From positions 1 through 42,470 of the forward strand of contig JAPPHR010000111.1 in NCBI GenBank assembly GCA_028820995.1: DNA of 42,470 nt, read 5' to 3'. The stretch's first letter is position 1. The number at the start of each line of letters is the position of its first letter. This DNA comes from Rhodospirillales bacterium. Its GTDB lineage: Bacteria; Pseudomonadota; Alphaproteobacteria; UBA828. Positions 42,371 through 42,470 of this stretch are shown piece after piece. Both the position numbers and the translations under genes were made by a program. The notes under the pieces were generated by a model. The model made no database searches, was not told the DNA's origin, and saw nothing but the letters and a program-made list of their open reading frames with translations.

Positions 42371-42470
42371 TATTGAGTCCCGCATAATACCCCGTCAATC
42401 GAAGCAAAGAGAAGATCGCTTCCAGAAGGCCGTAACCAAGCGCGGTTTGCGTTGCATGCGGCGCAGCGCT
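42371..42470. repeat. Right arm of the imperfect inverted repeat of about 100 bp (partner 1..100)
   Basis: See the left arm. Position p pairs with 42471-p without any offset. Confidence 0.85.
42395..42470 (-). CDS. Possible 3' end of a paralog of the gene at 1..76, entering from the right (...ALRRMQRKPRLVTAFWKRSSLCFD*); frame hypothesis A
   Basis: Mirror image of 1..76, with the stop tca at 42395..42397 (TGA on the minus strand). The alternative is an outward + strand ORF from the ATG at 42312 (MKAVILSGLVGQSGERLLHIIESRIIPRQSKQREDRFQKAVTKRGLRCMRRSA...). Confidence 0.35.
   Translation of the reverse strand, partial: ALRRMQRKPRLVTAFWKRSSLCFD

Noticed and set aside
1-42470. CRISPR arrays, rRNA/tRNA genes, integrase/att sites, toxin-antitoxin pairs and known defence-system genes.
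   Set aside because: I saw no regularly spaced direct repeats. There is no Cas-like, restriction-modification, Abi, retron RT or nuclease-helicase gene content, and no structured-RNA gene signatures. All long ORFs are metabolic or transport genes.

Overview
GC-rich bacterial window. The gene content and a CarboxypepD_reg-type TonB receptor suggest an Acidobacteria-like host, but that is inference only.

(1) Positions 283-4340, minus strand: a decaying leucine/isovalerate (liu) cluster. HMG-CoA lyase and the methylcrotonyl-CoA carboxylase beta subunit are intact. The enoyl-CoA hydratase carries two 1-nt frameshifts. The isovaleryl-CoA dehydrogenase is 5'-truncated and frameshifted. No carboxylase alpha subunit is present.

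(2) After an AT-rich junction at about 4340-4435, every supportable gene from 4436 to 42277 (31 gene loci, about 38 kb, two of them disrupted copies) lies on the + strand.
- The array opens with a specialised NusG (NGN+KOW) paralog.
- Its 205-nt downstream leader contains GGCGGTAGCGCG, an 11/12 match to the enterobacterial RfaH ops element.
- I see no conventional transcription factor anywhere in the array.

Cargo of the array:
- a BtpA/RibD_C/HD trio and a TonB-dependent receptor;
- five metallo-amidohydrolases, an amidase-signature enzyme, and an Amidohydro_2 enzyme plus a truncated paralog;
- a Rieske ferredoxin, a Rieske oxygenase alpha subunit and a Tat-signal flavin amine oxidase;
- an enolase-superfamily enzyme, two acyl-CoA ligases, a cupin, a Zn-ADH and an FGGY kinase;
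- a BNR propeller and a CxxCH-bearing CarboxypepD_reg/beta-propeller protein;
- an SDR, an epimerase with no canonical start codon, and a DhnA-type aldolase.

Two uncharacterised gene pairings recur inside the array. One is a roughly 260-aa internally duplicated alpha+beta protein followed by an OFA-like MFS transporter (two copies). The other is a small 70-114-aa protein placed directly upstream of a C-N-cleaving or N-oxidising enzyme (two copies, one disrupted). An IS3-family integrase-core remnant lies at about 39.2-39.36 kb.

(3) The first and last 100 nt of the window are imperfect inverted repeats of each other (about 90% identity). Their substitutions show 3-nt periodicity, so the window is bracketed by inverted paralogous coding sequence.

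I found no rRNA, tRNA or CRISPR array. My best candidates for something new are the NusG-paralog/ops-like-headed catabolic super-operon and the two recurring uncharacterised modules.
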